64,000 nt of DNA from Acidimicrobiia bacterium. Its GTDB lineage: Bacteria > Actinomycetota > Acidimicrobiia > Spongiisociales > ZC4RG35. The notes beneath the pieces are model-generated. The model did no database searches, had not been told where the DNA came from, and saw only the letters and a program-made list of their open reading frames with translations. Numbering within the stretch: position 1 is the first letter of the stretch; each line of letters begins with the position of its first letter. Positions 38,960 through 47,540 of this stretch are shown here, piece after piece. Where the stretch lies: NCBI GenBank assembly GCA_050741915.1, contig JBOGEX010000089.1:717-64716 (forward strand), given 5' to 3'. The position numbers and the translations under genes were made by a program.

Positions 38960-39067
38960 TTATCGCTTCTCAGACGGACGAACTTTGGGGTTACGGCTCT
39001 CGCCGCGAGGTCCGTACCGTAGGTCCTGGATGGCCTTTACGGTCGACAGATCAAAACTTATCAGCAT
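38960..39067 (-). CDS. Candidate 35-aa small ORF heading the RHH-DUF4097 operon
   Basis: GAGGAAG RBS 4 nt before the ATG. MLISFDLSTVKAIQDLRYGPRGESRNPKVRPSEKR. TAA lies 5 nt before the RHH ATG. Below the ORF-track cutoff. Confidence 0.35.
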   Translation of the reverse strand: MLISFDLSTVKAIQDLRYGPRGESRNPKVRPSEKR

Positions 39068-39115
39068 GTCGCTTCCTCTCTCTACTAGCCCCGCTGGTGC
39101 CGGAGCGACTTCGTT

Positions 39116-39157
39116 CTTGACATCTGTATGATGTCACATCGCTGTCAGCTTGTCAAG
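39116..39157 (-). promoter_or_regulatory. Nested inverted/direct TGACA/TGTCA repeats with a TTGACA -35-like hexamer; candidate promoter-operator of the small-ORF/RHH/DUF4097 operon
   Basis: cTTGACAtctgtatgaTGTCAcatcgcTGTCAgctTGTCAag. Perfect IR tgacatc-tgtat-gatgtca (39118-39136); outer IR cttgaca/tgtcaag (39116-39122 / 39151-39157). Confidence 0.4.
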
Positions 39158-39173
39158 GGGGTTTCTTGGATTT

Positions 39174-39800
39174 TTAGATGAGCTTGCGCTCGACCGCCCA
39201 GCGAGTCAGTTGGTTGCGATTCGTGAGCTGGAGCTTGCGGAGGACGGAAGAGACGTGGCTCTCAACCGTCTTGATCGAGATGTAGAGCTCCTCCCCTGAC
39301 TCCCGATAGGTGTATCCCCGGGCGATGAGTTGGAGAACCTCTCGCTCGCGGTCTGAAAGCAGGTCCAACTCGGGATCGGCCGGCGGCAGGTCGGCGAAAG
39401 CATCGAGGAGAAAGCCGGCCAAACGAGGACTGAACACCGGCTCCCCGGAAGCCACCCGGACAATGGCCCCAGCCAGTTCTTCGGGGGAGATGTTCTTCGT
39501 CACGTAGCCAGCGGCCCCGGCTCTGACCACTCCCACCACGTCCGCCGCCGCGTCGGAGGCGGACAAGGCCAAGAAAGCGACCTCGGGATGTTTGCGACGA
39601 ACACCCTCGATCACGAACCGACCTCCGCCGCCCGGAAGATGGACGTCTAGCAAGACAACTTCGGGCACACGTTCGTTGATCAGATCCACCGCTGCGCCCA
39701 CCTCGGATGCCTCGCCGACGATCTCGATGTCGGGACCAAGACCCGCCCGCACCCCGACCCGGAAAAGATCGTGGTCATCGACGATGAAGACTCTGATCAA
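39174..39800 (-). CDS. NarL/LuxR-family response regulator
   Basis: MIRVFIVDDHDLFRVG receiver domain; C-terminal LuxR HTH (LSDREREVLQLIARGYTYRESGEELYISIKTVESHVSSVLRKL). Confidence 0.9.
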   Translation of the reverse strand: MIRVFIVDDHDLFRVGVRAGLGPDIEIVGEASEVGAAVDLINERVPEVVLLDVHLPGGGGRFVIEGVRRKHPEVAFLALSASDAAADVVGVVRAGAAGYVTKNISPEELAGAIVRVASGEPVFSPRLAGFLLDAFADLPPADPELDLLSDREREVLQLIARGYTYRESGEELYISIKTVESHVSSVLRKLQLTNRNQLTRWAVERKLI

Positions 39801-40885
39801 CGTGGTACCTCGAGTCGCAGTTCGGTCCCTTCTCCGGCCGACGCCTTGATCTCCACCCTGCCCCCCACCGCTTCGATTCTGCGCTCGATGGAATCTCGCA
39901 GCCCGGCGCGATCGGCCGGGACCGCGACACGGTCGAAGCCGATGCCGCGATCGCGTACGAACAATTTGATCATATCGGAGGTCACTTCGAGAAAAACGTC
40001 GACTCGATCACCGCCAGAGTGCTTCAAGGCGTTAAGCACTCCCTCACGCCCTGCGGCAAGGATCGCACGAGCCGAACCCTCGAGCGGGACGTCTCCCACA
40101 GTCACGACTTCGACCGTGCCCCCGTAACCTTCCTCGAGCTCGCTTGCTGCCATCTCGAGGCTCCGAGCCAGACCAGCCAGATCGCCGTTGGCTGAGCCGT
40201 AAAGCCAGCCTCGCAGCTCTTGTTCCTGGCGTCTTGCCAGGCTCGCCACGCGGGTCGCATCTCCAGCTTCTCGTTGCACCAGCGCCAGGGTTTGGAGAAC
40301 CGAGTCGTGAAGATGAGCCGCCAATGCTGCCTTTTCTTCGGCCCTGGTTTGCTGCTCCTCGGCGCGGCGGCGAGCGTCATCGGTCCGATAAATCACGTGA
40401 ACTGCCCAGCCGACAATGGCCGCCAGCATCCCGTACGTGACCAGGGCCGAAAGCTGAGCCAACGCTTGAGATACGTCGGCAATTTGAAAGCGCGCCACCG
40501 TTACCACCGAAAGCAGGGCGGCAACCATCCAGCCCACCGAGCGTTGGCGAGCAGCAGCCGCCACCACGGCGATCCCAGGGAAGCCCCCATAGAAGAGATC
40601 GGTCGAAGCGGAAACCTCTGGCGCGACAAGGGCGAAGGCGGCCAGCCCGGCATCGCCGGCAGTTATCCACCAGGGATCGGCGGGGCGAACTTGCAACTGA
40701 TCGACAATCGCCACCAGGACCCATACCGCCGAAAGCCCGACCAGGGCCCATCCAACTCCCGGTCTCGACATGGCATCGCGGGCGAGGGCCACTATCACCA
40801 GCACCATCATCCAGGCCAGGCCGATGAGCCGAGCGCCGCCGGCAATCCGACGAATGGTAAAGGCGACCGGAGGCCCGAACTGCAT
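39797..40885 (-). CDS. HisKA_3-type sensor histidine kinase with multi-TM N-terminus (LiaS/DesK-like)
   Basis: Start at ATG 40885 (MQFGPPVAF...). H-box AAHLHDSVLQTLALV; HATPase C-terminus. The longer ORF is Arg/Gly-rich junk that overlaps the divergent lipoprotein gene. Confidence 0.85.
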   Translation of the reverse strand: MQFGPPVAFTIRRIAGGARLIGLAWMMVLVIVALARDAMSRPGVGWALVGLSAVWVLVAIVDQLQVRPADPWWITAGDAGLAAFALVAPEVSASTDLFYGGFPGIAVVAAAARQRSVGWMVAALLSVVTVARFQIADVSQALAQLSALVTYGMLAAIVGWAVHVIYRTDDARRRAEEQQTRAEEKAALAAHLHDSVLQTLALVQREAGDATRVASLARRQEQELRGWLYGSANGDLAGLARSLEMAASELEEGYGGTVEVVTVGDVPLEGSARAILAAGREGVLNALKHSGGDRVDVFLEVTSDMIKLFVRDRGIGFDRVAVPADRAGLRDSIERRIEAVGGRVEIKASAGEGTELRLEVPR

Positions 40886-40945
40886 TGTGTCTACCAACTC
40901 TCGGGGGGTGGAACTCCCTAACGGTACCCTGCGTCTTAGACCGGA

Positions 40946-41833
40946 ATGAGAAAGCTTTTCATGTTCACATTGATTCTGGCGTTGACCGCATGTACTCCGG
41001 GTGGAGGCACAACGTCCACAGAGCCATCTGCGACCTCCGGACCGATAACCACCACCGCCGAAGCGGCGACGACCACCGGAAGCGAAGCCCCAACCACCAC
41101 GGAAGGGGGTGGGGGCTGCGGTGAAGGCGAGGAGTTGACTGATGACGGCGAGGTCGCCAGCGCCGCGGGAACAGCGAGTGATGCCGAACAGATCGGAGCA
41201 ATCACTTGGGAAACCACTCCCGATTGCGAGCGCTTCATTATCGACTTTGTGACTGCTCAGGCGGCGCCGGCGACCTCGGCACCGGCCATGTCCGCCGAAT
41301 TGCTTCGTTCTGCAGCAGTCCTGCGGGTCTTCCTTGACCTGGAGGCGACGTCGGTCACGGACCAACTAGTGCAATCCGGCCTCGTCGACCGCGTGTACGT
41401 AGCGCGTCGGGCCGACCGAAGCCTCTTTGTCGACTTTCATCTCGCGACTCCGGCAGTCGCACGTGTGAATGTGGCCGAATCGCCCGCTCAGGTGCTGGTG
41501 GAACTCGAACCCGGCGGTAGCGACTACGACGGGCTGGCGGCGTTCGCCCAGAACGTCGTCGTGATCAGCCCGACGACCGGCCCGGTCGAAGTGCCGACGG
41601 AGATTTCGGGCTATTCACGAAACTTCGAAGCCAACACGATCGCCCGGATCACCCAGGAAGGGGCGACCCTCGACGAGGACTTCACCACCGCCGCCGACTG
41701 GACCGAGACGTGGGGTGAGTACTCGCTGGCCTTGAATCCGGCCGGATCGGGCGCCGCCGAGCTATTCGTCGGCGAGCAATCAGCTCAAGACGGCTCAGAT
41801 CGCGGAGTGGTGATCGACATCGAACTCCCCTAG
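40946..41833 (+). CDS. Lipoprotein with Thr/Pro-rich linker and C-terminal Gmad2 Ig-like domain
   Basis: Lipobox MRKLFMFTLILALTAC. C-terminus ISPTTGPVEVPTEISGYSRNFEANTIARI...WGEYSL...LFVGEQSAQDGSDRGVV matches the Gmad2 pattern as I remember it. Confidence 0.75.
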   Translation: MRKLFMFTLILALTACTPGGGTTSTEPSATSGPITTTAEAATTTGSEAPTTTEGGGGCGEGEELTDDGEVASAAGTASDAEQIGAITWETTPDCERFIIDFVTAQAAPATSAPAMSAELLRSAAVLRVFLDLEATSVTDQLVQSGLVDRVYVARRADRSLFVDFHLATPAVARVNVAESPAQVLVELEPGGSDYDGLAAFAQNVVVISPTTGPVEVPTEISGYSRNFEANTIARITQEGATLDEDFTTAADWTETWGEYSLALNPAGSGAAELFVGEQSAQDGSDRGVVIDIELP

Positions 41834-42300
41834 TCGAAGAGTCCGGGGATGGGCGCCACGACCAGATAACCATCGTCGAGGTTGATCTCGGGGACGAGAT
41901 CATCGACGAAAGGAACTTCGACGTCGCCTGAGGCGGTGGCAATGACAAGGCGCGCCTGGGGCGTCGAGTCGTCAACGTCGCGCACCCGGCCGACTTCGAG
42001 CCCACTCCGATCGCGGACTAGGAGGCCGACGAGTTGGTCGGGCCAGAACTCGTCAGCGCCAAGGGATCGCCGGTCGGAGGAGGAGACGATGAGTTCCTCG
42101 CCAACCAGATCCTCGGCACCGTCGCGGTCGGCGATCTCGAGGAAGGAGACCAACCACCCCGTTGCTCCTGGCTTGTTGCTCCGGACGTGGAGGGATAGCC
42201 CGCTTCTGGTGTAGACAGGGCGACCCTGGGCGAAACGGCCTTCGTAGTCTGTCTCGGGAAGGACGACCACTTCCCCGGAAATCCCGTGAGCCTTGACCAC
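41830..42300 (-). CDS. rimM: 16S rRNA processing protein RimM
   Basis: 156 aa; VKAHGISGEVVV ... PRC-barrel C-terminus; conserved position. Confidence 0.85.
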   Translation of the reverse strand: MVKAHGISGEVVVLPETDYEGRFAQGRPVYTRSGLSLHVRSNKPGATGWLVSFLEIADRDGAEDLVGEELIVSSSDRRSLGADEFWPDQLVGLLVRDRSGLEVGRVRDVDDSTPQARLVIATASGDVEVPFVDDLVPEINLDDGYLVVAPIPGLFD

Positions 42301-42335
42301 GGTTCCTACCAGGACCGGGTCTTCCGACGGTCCGA

Positions 42336-42593
42336 TCAGTCCTCGAATTCGACCGAGGCCGTTATGCCTTCCTCGTCGGCCGCGGCCTGCGCCACAGTGC
42401 GGATCGAGCGAGCGGTACGGCCGCGACGACCGATTACCCGGCCCATGTCACCGGGGCCGGTCCGAACTTCGGCAATGACGTCGTCAGGACCGGCCTCGAT
42501 AATCGTCACGTCGACCGCGTTGGGATCGTCGACGATCTGGCCCACGACATAGTCGAGAACCTTCTTGACAATCTCACCCTTGGCCACGGTCAC
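42336..42593 (-). CDS. KH-domain RNA-binding protein (YlqC/UPF0109)
   Basis: 85 aa; GRVIGRRGRTARSIRTV GXXG loop; between rpsP and rimM. Confidence 0.85.
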   Translation of the reverse strand: MTVAKGEIVKKVLDYVVGQIVDDPNAVDVTIIEAGPDDVIAEVRTGPGDMGRVIGRRGRTARSIRTVAQAAADEEGITASVEFED

Positions 42594-42883
42594 TCGCCCT
42601 CGCCGACGCTGTGAATCTTGTCGGCGGCGACCTCGTAGCGCGACATCGCTCCCGAGATCTCAAGAAGCTTGCGAACTGTCTCGGTAGGTTGGGCACCCCT
42701 TTGCATCCACGCGATCGCCTTGTCGTTGTCGATCTCGACCAGAGAAGGTTCCTGGCGGGGATCGTAACGACCGACCTGGTCTAGATAGCGCCCATCGCGG
42801 GGCGAGCGACCGTCGATCACCACGACCCGGTAGACGGGCTGCTTGGTCTTTCCGATCCGAATCAGCCGCATCTTTACTGCCAT
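42590..42883 (-). CDS. rpsP: 30S ribosomal protein S16
   Basis: MAVKMRLIRIGKTKQPVYRVVV... Confidence 0.95.
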   Translation of the reverse strand: MAVKMRLIRIGKTKQPVYRVVVIDGRSPRDGRYLDQVGRYDPRQEPSLVEIDNDKAIAWMQRGAQPTETVRKLLEISGAMSRYEVAADKIHSVGEGE

Positions 42884-42887
42884 CGTT

Positions 42888-44264
42888 TCACCTTCTGCCC
42901 TTGCTCTTTCTCTTTGCTTTCTTGTTGGTCGGGGGTCGAACCCTGCCGCCTGGGGACATACCCGCCAGACTCGGCATTCCCTTCGATCCCGACATCATCT
43001 TCATCATTCGTTGCGCGTCGCCGAACTGCTTTAGGAGTTGATTGACATCGGTCGGGGTTCGGCCCGACCCGGCCGCGATTCGGCGTTTGCGGCTGCCACT
43101 GATCAGCTTGGGGTTCCGGCGCTCCGCCGGGGTCATCGAGCGGATCATTCCCTCGACCCTTGCCAGGTCGCGATCTTCGATATTGGCCTGTTTGAGCAGG
43201 GAACCGGAGCCGGGAAGCATAGCAAGGACGTCTTTGAGCGGACCCATCCGCTTCAGCGCTTGGAATTGGTCGAGAAAGTCCTCCAAGGTGAATTCACCCT
43301 TTTCCATCTTGGCCGCGGCCACTTCGGCTTCCTTCTGATCGAAGGTCTGCTCTGCCTTCTCGATCAGCGTCAGGACATCTCCCATGCCGAGGATGCGTGA
43401 GGCCATGCGCTCGGGGTGGAATGCCTCGAGGCCGTCAAGTCCCTCTCCCACTCCGGCAAACTTGATCGGGACCCCGGTGACCTCCCGAACCGATATCGCC
43501 GCACCGCCACGGGCATCACCGTCGAGCTTGGTGAGGATGAGGCCGGTCAGGGGCACCCGATCCTTGAATCCCTGAGCGACATTGACGGCTTCCTGACCCG
43601 TCATGGCGTCGACCACCAAGAGCGTCTCGTGAGGCTTGGCCTCCTTGTCGATGGCGGCCAGCTCGCCCATCAGCTCGCGATCGATCTGCAGCCGCCCGGC
43701 GGTGTCGATGACCACCGTGTCGTGCGACAAGCGAGTTGCTTCTCTCAGCGCGGCTCGGACCAATCGGGGGGGCCGGCTGGATCGTTCGCTAAACACCGGA
43801 ACATCGATCCGCTCCCCCAGGGTCTGCAACTGCTCGACCGCCGCCGGCCTCTGTAGGTCCGCGGCCACCAGCATCGGCCGGCGCCCGTTGCTCTTCAGAT
43901 GCCTCGCCAGCTTGGCCGCAGTAGTGGTCTTACCTGAACCCTGAAGACCCGCGATCAGGATCACGAGTGGGGGGGACACCGACTTGAGCGGGGCGTTGGC
44001 CTTGCCCAACGTGATGACGAGCTCCTCGTGCACGATCTTGATCACCTGTTGACCAGGGGTCAGGCTTTGATGGACCTCGGCTCCGACGGCTCTTTCCCGG
44101 ACCCGGTCCAAAAAGGTACGGACGACACCAACGTTGACATCCGCTTCCAGCAGTGCCAGCCGCACCTCACGAAGAGCCGCATCCACACTCGCCTCGTCAA
44201 GGCGGCCGCGGCCGCGCAAGCGATCGAAGATGGATTCAAAACGCCCCGAGATCGACTCGAACAT
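42888..44264 (-). CDS. ffh: Signal recognition particle protein Ffh
   Basis: Start at ATG 44264 (MFESISGRFESIFDRLRG). GLQGSGKTTTAAKLA; M-domain and basic C-terminus. Confidence 0.95.
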   Translation of the reverse strand: MFESISGRFESIFDRLRGRGRLDEASVDAALREVRLALLEADVNVGVVRTFLDRVRERAVGAEVHQSLTPGQQVIKIVHEELVITLGKANAPLKSVSPPLVILIAGLQGSGKTTTAAKLARHLKSNGRRPMLVAADLQRPAAVEQLQTLGERIDVPVFSERSSRPPRLVRAALREATRLSHDTVVIDTAGRLQIDRELMGELAAIDKEAKPHETLLVVDAMTGQEAVNVAQGFKDRVPLTGLILTKLDGDARGGAAISVREVTGVPIKFAGVGEGLDGLEAFHPERMASRILGMGDVLTLIEKAEQTFDQKEAEVAAAKMEKGEFTLEDFLDQFQALKRMGPLKDVLAMLPGSGSLLKQANIEDRDLARVEGMIRSMTPAERRNPKLISGSRKRRIAAGSGRTPTDVNQLLKQFGDAQRMMKMMSGSKGMPSLAGMSPGGRVRPPTNKKAKRKSKGRR

Positions 44265-44332
44265 CAAGTTGGGGAGGGTAACTGCCAACCCCCAGAACGA
44301 GCGCGGCTCCCCGAGCTCAATACCATCGTCCC

Positions 44333-47038
44333 ATGAGTACCCGCGACGAGGCCCTCCGCGCCGATATTCGTCGTCTGGGGACACAACTGGGACAGGCCCT
44401 CACCCGTCAGCACGGCGCCGATCTGCTCGACCTAGTCGAGCAGATCCGAACCCTCACCAAGGCCAACCGTCTGGCCGGTGATCCAGAGGCAGACGACGAG
44501 CTCACCAATCTGCTCGAAGGGCTTGACCTTCCCACCACGATTGAAGCCGTCCGTGCCTTCTCGGCCTACTTCTATCTGGCCAACGTGGCCGAACAGACCC
44601 ACCGGGTGGGCGAACTGGCCGAAACCGGCCGGGAAGCCATTCTGTCTGACACGGTCGATCGGATCCTCGCTGCCAACCTCGACCCCTCCCAAGTGCAGCC
44701 GGTGCTGAAGCGTCTTGAAGTTCGGCCGGTCTTCACCGCTCACCCAACCGAAGCGGCCCGTCGCTCGATTCTGCGCAAGCTCGCACACATCGCCGACCTT
44801 CTCGCCGAGCGCACCGAACCGACAACCACCGAAAGAGAACGGGAACGGATCGATCGCCGGACCGAGGAGCTGATCGATCAAATTTGGCAAACCGACGAGC
44901 TGCGAGCCACCCGCCCAAGCCCGGCAGACGAGGTGAAATCGGCGATCTTTTATCTCGACCTTCTCTTCGCCGAGGTGCTCGCCGACTTGGGCGAGGAGGT
45001 AGCCCTCCACCTCGGCCGCCTGGGAGCCGGAGACCAAACCGCGATTCGATTCGGCTCTTGGGTAGGAGGCGATCGCGACGGCAACCCCGAAGTCACTCCC
45101 GAGGTGACGATGGAGACCCTCGAGTTGCAGCATGACCATGGATTGCGGGCCCTGATCACCGCGGTCGAGGAATTGGCCGAAGAGCTCTCCGTTTCGAGCG
45201 CGATCAAGGGCATCTCCCCCGAGCTGGAGGCTTCACTAAGCGCCGACCGGGAAACGCTGCCCTCGGTCTGGCGACGCTTTCGAGCCCTGAACGCCAACGA
45301 GCCCTATCGCCTTAAGTGTGCCTACATCCACCAACGACTCATCAATACCCGTGAGAGGATTCTGGCCGGAGGCCGCCCCGCGGCTGGAGTCGACTACCGA
45401 GGTCCGCAAGATCTGGCCGAAGAGTTACAGGCGATGGCCGATTCGCTCATCGCCAAGGAAGGGGTCCTTCTCGCCGGTGGCGCCCTCGCCCGGCTGCGCC
45501 GGCGGGTCGACACCTTCGGCTTCCACCTGGCAACCCTCGACATCCGCGAACACGCCCAGCGACTGCACGCAACCGTTGCCGCCCTTTATGAGCGGATCGG
45601 GGTCGGCTACGACACCGATCGCGACCACCGGGAAACCATCCTCGCCGCCGAGCTCAGCGGTCCCCGGCCACTCGCCTCCCCGGTGAGCACGCTCGATAGC
45701 GAACGTGCCCGCACGCTCCAGACCTTCGACACCATTCGCCAGGCCCTCGACCGATTCGGTCCGGTGATTGAGTCCTACATCATCAGCATGACCCAAGGTA
45801 CCGATGATGTGCTGGCAGCGACAGTGCTGGCCCGCGAAGCCGGTCTGGTCGATCTTGAGCAGGGCATTGCCCGCATCGGTTTTGTGCCCCTTTTCGAGAC
45901 CATCGACGAGCTGCGGCGTTCAGGGGAGATGTTGGACCGGCTGCTTTCGATTGCACCCTATCGAAAGGTTGTGGCGCTGCGCGGCGACACGCAGGAGGTG
46001 ATGCTCGGCTATTCCGACTCGAATAAAGAGGGAGGGATCACCACCTCGCAATGGGAGATCTACAAGTCCCAGCGCCTGCTCCAGAACGCGGCCGCCCAAC
46101 ACGACGTGCACCTCCGACTCTTCCACGGTCGCGGCGGGACCATCGGACGCGGCGGCGGTCCCTCGCATACCGCGGTGCTGGCACAGCCTTACGGCACGGT
46201 GGACGGCGCCATCAAGGTGACCGAGCAGGGTGAGGTGATCTCCGACAAGTACGGGCTGCCGAGGCTGGCGGCTCGTAACCTCGAGCTGGTTCTCGCCTCG
46301 GTGCTTGAGGCTTCACTTCTCCATCGCAGCTCCCGCCAGCCCCCGGACGTGCTTTCGCGCTGGACCCAAGCGATGGAGGCGTTCTCGGTGGCGGCCCACC
46401 AGGCCTATCGCAACTTCGTCTCCGATCCCCACCTGATCCCGTACTACTTGAGCGCCACGCCGGTGGAGGAGTTGGGCGCAATGAACATTGGCTCGCGACC
46501 CTCACGCCGCCCCGGCGGCGGCGGTGGTCTCGACGATCTGCGGGCTATTCCCTGGGTTTTCGGATGGACCCAGTCTCGTCAGATCATCCCTGGTTGGTAT
46601 GGCGTCGGATCAGGGCTGGCCACAGTGGCGACGGATCACACCGAAGTGTTCGCCGACATGGCGGAGCGTTTCCTCTACCTGCAGACGTTCCTCGCCAACG
46701 TGGAGATGACCCTGGCCAAGACCGATCTCTCGATCGCCCGTCGATACTGCGAACGGCTGGTAGCAGCCGAACACCGCGACATATTCGATCGCATCACCGC
46801 CGAATACGAGTTGACTGTCTCGCAGGTTTCGAAGCTCACCGGGCGCGAGATCTTGGGCTCGAACCCGTTACTCGCTCGCACGCTCGAGGTGCGCAACATC
46901 TACCTCGACCCCATCAACTACCTCCAGGTGTCGCTGCTCGAGCGCAGCCGAAGGGCGCCAGAAGTCGATCAGGAGCTACAACGGGCCCTCCTCCTGACGG
47001 TCAACGGCATCTCAGCGGGGATGCGCAACACCGGTTGA
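44333..47038 (+). CDS. ppc: Phosphoenolpyruvate carboxylase
   Basis: 901 aa; VFTAHPTE, GYSDSNKEGG, C-terminal MRNTG. Confidence 0.95.
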   Translation: MSTRDEALRADIRRLGTQLGQALTRQHGADLLDLVEQIRTLTKANRLAGDPEADDELTNLLEGLDLPTTIEAVRAFSAYFYLANVAEQTHRVGELAETGREAILSDTVDRILAANLDPSQVQPVLKRLEVRPVFTAHPTEAARRSILRKLAHIADLLAERTEPTTTERERERIDRRTEELIDQIWQTDELRATRPSPADEVKSAIFYLDLLFAEVLADLGEEVALHLGRLGAGDQTAIRFGSWVGGDRDGNPEVTPEVTMETLELQHDHGLRALITAVEELAEELSVSSAIKGISPELEASLSADRETLPSVWRRFRALNANEPYRLKCAYIHQRLINTRERILAGGRPAAGVDYRGPQDLAEELQAMADSLIAKEGVLLAGGALARLRRRVDTFGFHLATLDIREHAQRLHATVAALYERIGVGYDTDRDHRETILAAELSGPRPLASPVSTLDSERARTLQTFDTIRQALDRFGPVIESYIISMTQGTDDVLAATVLAREAGLVDLEQGIARIGFVPLFETIDELRRSGEMLDRLLSIAPYRKVVALRGDTQEVMLGYSDSNKEGGITTSQWEIYKSQRLLQNAAAQHDVHLRLFHGRGGTIGRGGGPSHTAVLAQPYGTVDGAIKVTEQGEVISDKYGLPRLAARNLELVLASVLEASLLHRSSRQPPDVLSRWTQAMEAFSVAAHQAYRNFVSDPHLIPYYLSATPVEELGAMNIGSRPSRRPGGGGGLDDLRAIPWVFGWTQSRQIIPGWYGVGSGLATVATDHTEVFADMAERFLYLQTFLANVEMTLAKTDLSIARRYCERLVAAEHRDIFDRITAEYELTVSQVSKLTGREILGSNPLLARTLEVRNIYLDPINYLQVSLLERSRRAPEVDQELQRALLLTVNGISAGMRNTG

Positions 47039-47054
47039 GCGCGCCCTTTTTGCG

Positions 47055-47103
47055 AACCCAGGGTTGTAGAGGTTGTGCTACAGCGTCTACAGCCCAGAGA
47101 ACG
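47055..47103 (+). repeat. 49-nt hairpin element, copy B; 10-bp stem GGGUUGUAGA/UCUACAGCCC; 17 nt after the ppc stop
   Basis: See copy A at 15968-16016. Confidence 0.8.
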
Positions 47104-47134
47104 CGCCGATCGGTAGCCGCCACCTTCGTGGCGT

Positions 47135-47512
47135 TTAGCTCTCCTTCAGCACTGAGAGGATGTTGCCCGCCGGGTCCTTGAACCACGCAATGGTCGGTCC
47201 CATGTCGCCTCGAGCGATCCCCTTCTCATCCTGATCGAATCCCTCGTATCGCTCGAACTCCACACCCTTTTTTGTCAACTCGTCGACCGCCTTGTCCACG
47301 TCGTCGACCGCAAAGTTGAGGATCGTGTAGGTGGCCGGGGTGAAGTCGGGCTTCTGGTATATGAATGTTTCGCGACCCCCAGCTAAGTTGAGCACTAGAT
47401 CGCCCATCTCCCCCTTGGTGATATCGATCCCCAGTGTTTCTCCATAGAACTGCTCGGCCGCTCCGAGATCAGGAACGGCAAATCCACTAAAGGCCTTCGT
47501 GTTGGCAAACAT
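47135..47512 (-). CDS. VOC/glyoxalase family protein
   Basis: Start at ATG 47512 (MFANTKAFSGFAVPDLGAAEQFYGETLG...). 125 aa; ends ...WFKDPAGNILSVL. Confidence 0.8.
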   Translation of the reverse strand: MFANTKAFSGFAVPDLGAAEQFYGETLGIDITKGEMGDLVLNLAGGRETFIYQKPDFTPATYTILNFAVDDVDKAVDELTKKGVEFERYEGFDQDEKGIARGDMGPTIAWFKDPAGNILSVLKES

Positions 47513-47540
47513 ATGACTCCTTTCGTTGCCAATCGCTTTG

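Noticed and set aside
39797-41365. N-terminally extended ORF versions such as the 522-aa kinase. The same applies to 16827..18740 proS, 9536..10708 nrnA, 58511..59368 cdd, 36552..37934 ACAD, 42888..44384 ffh and 24472..25353 tsf.
   Set aside because: The extensions are low-complexity, overlap the upstream gene, and precede an internal start that gives the canonical family N-terminus. I trimmed to the internal starts.
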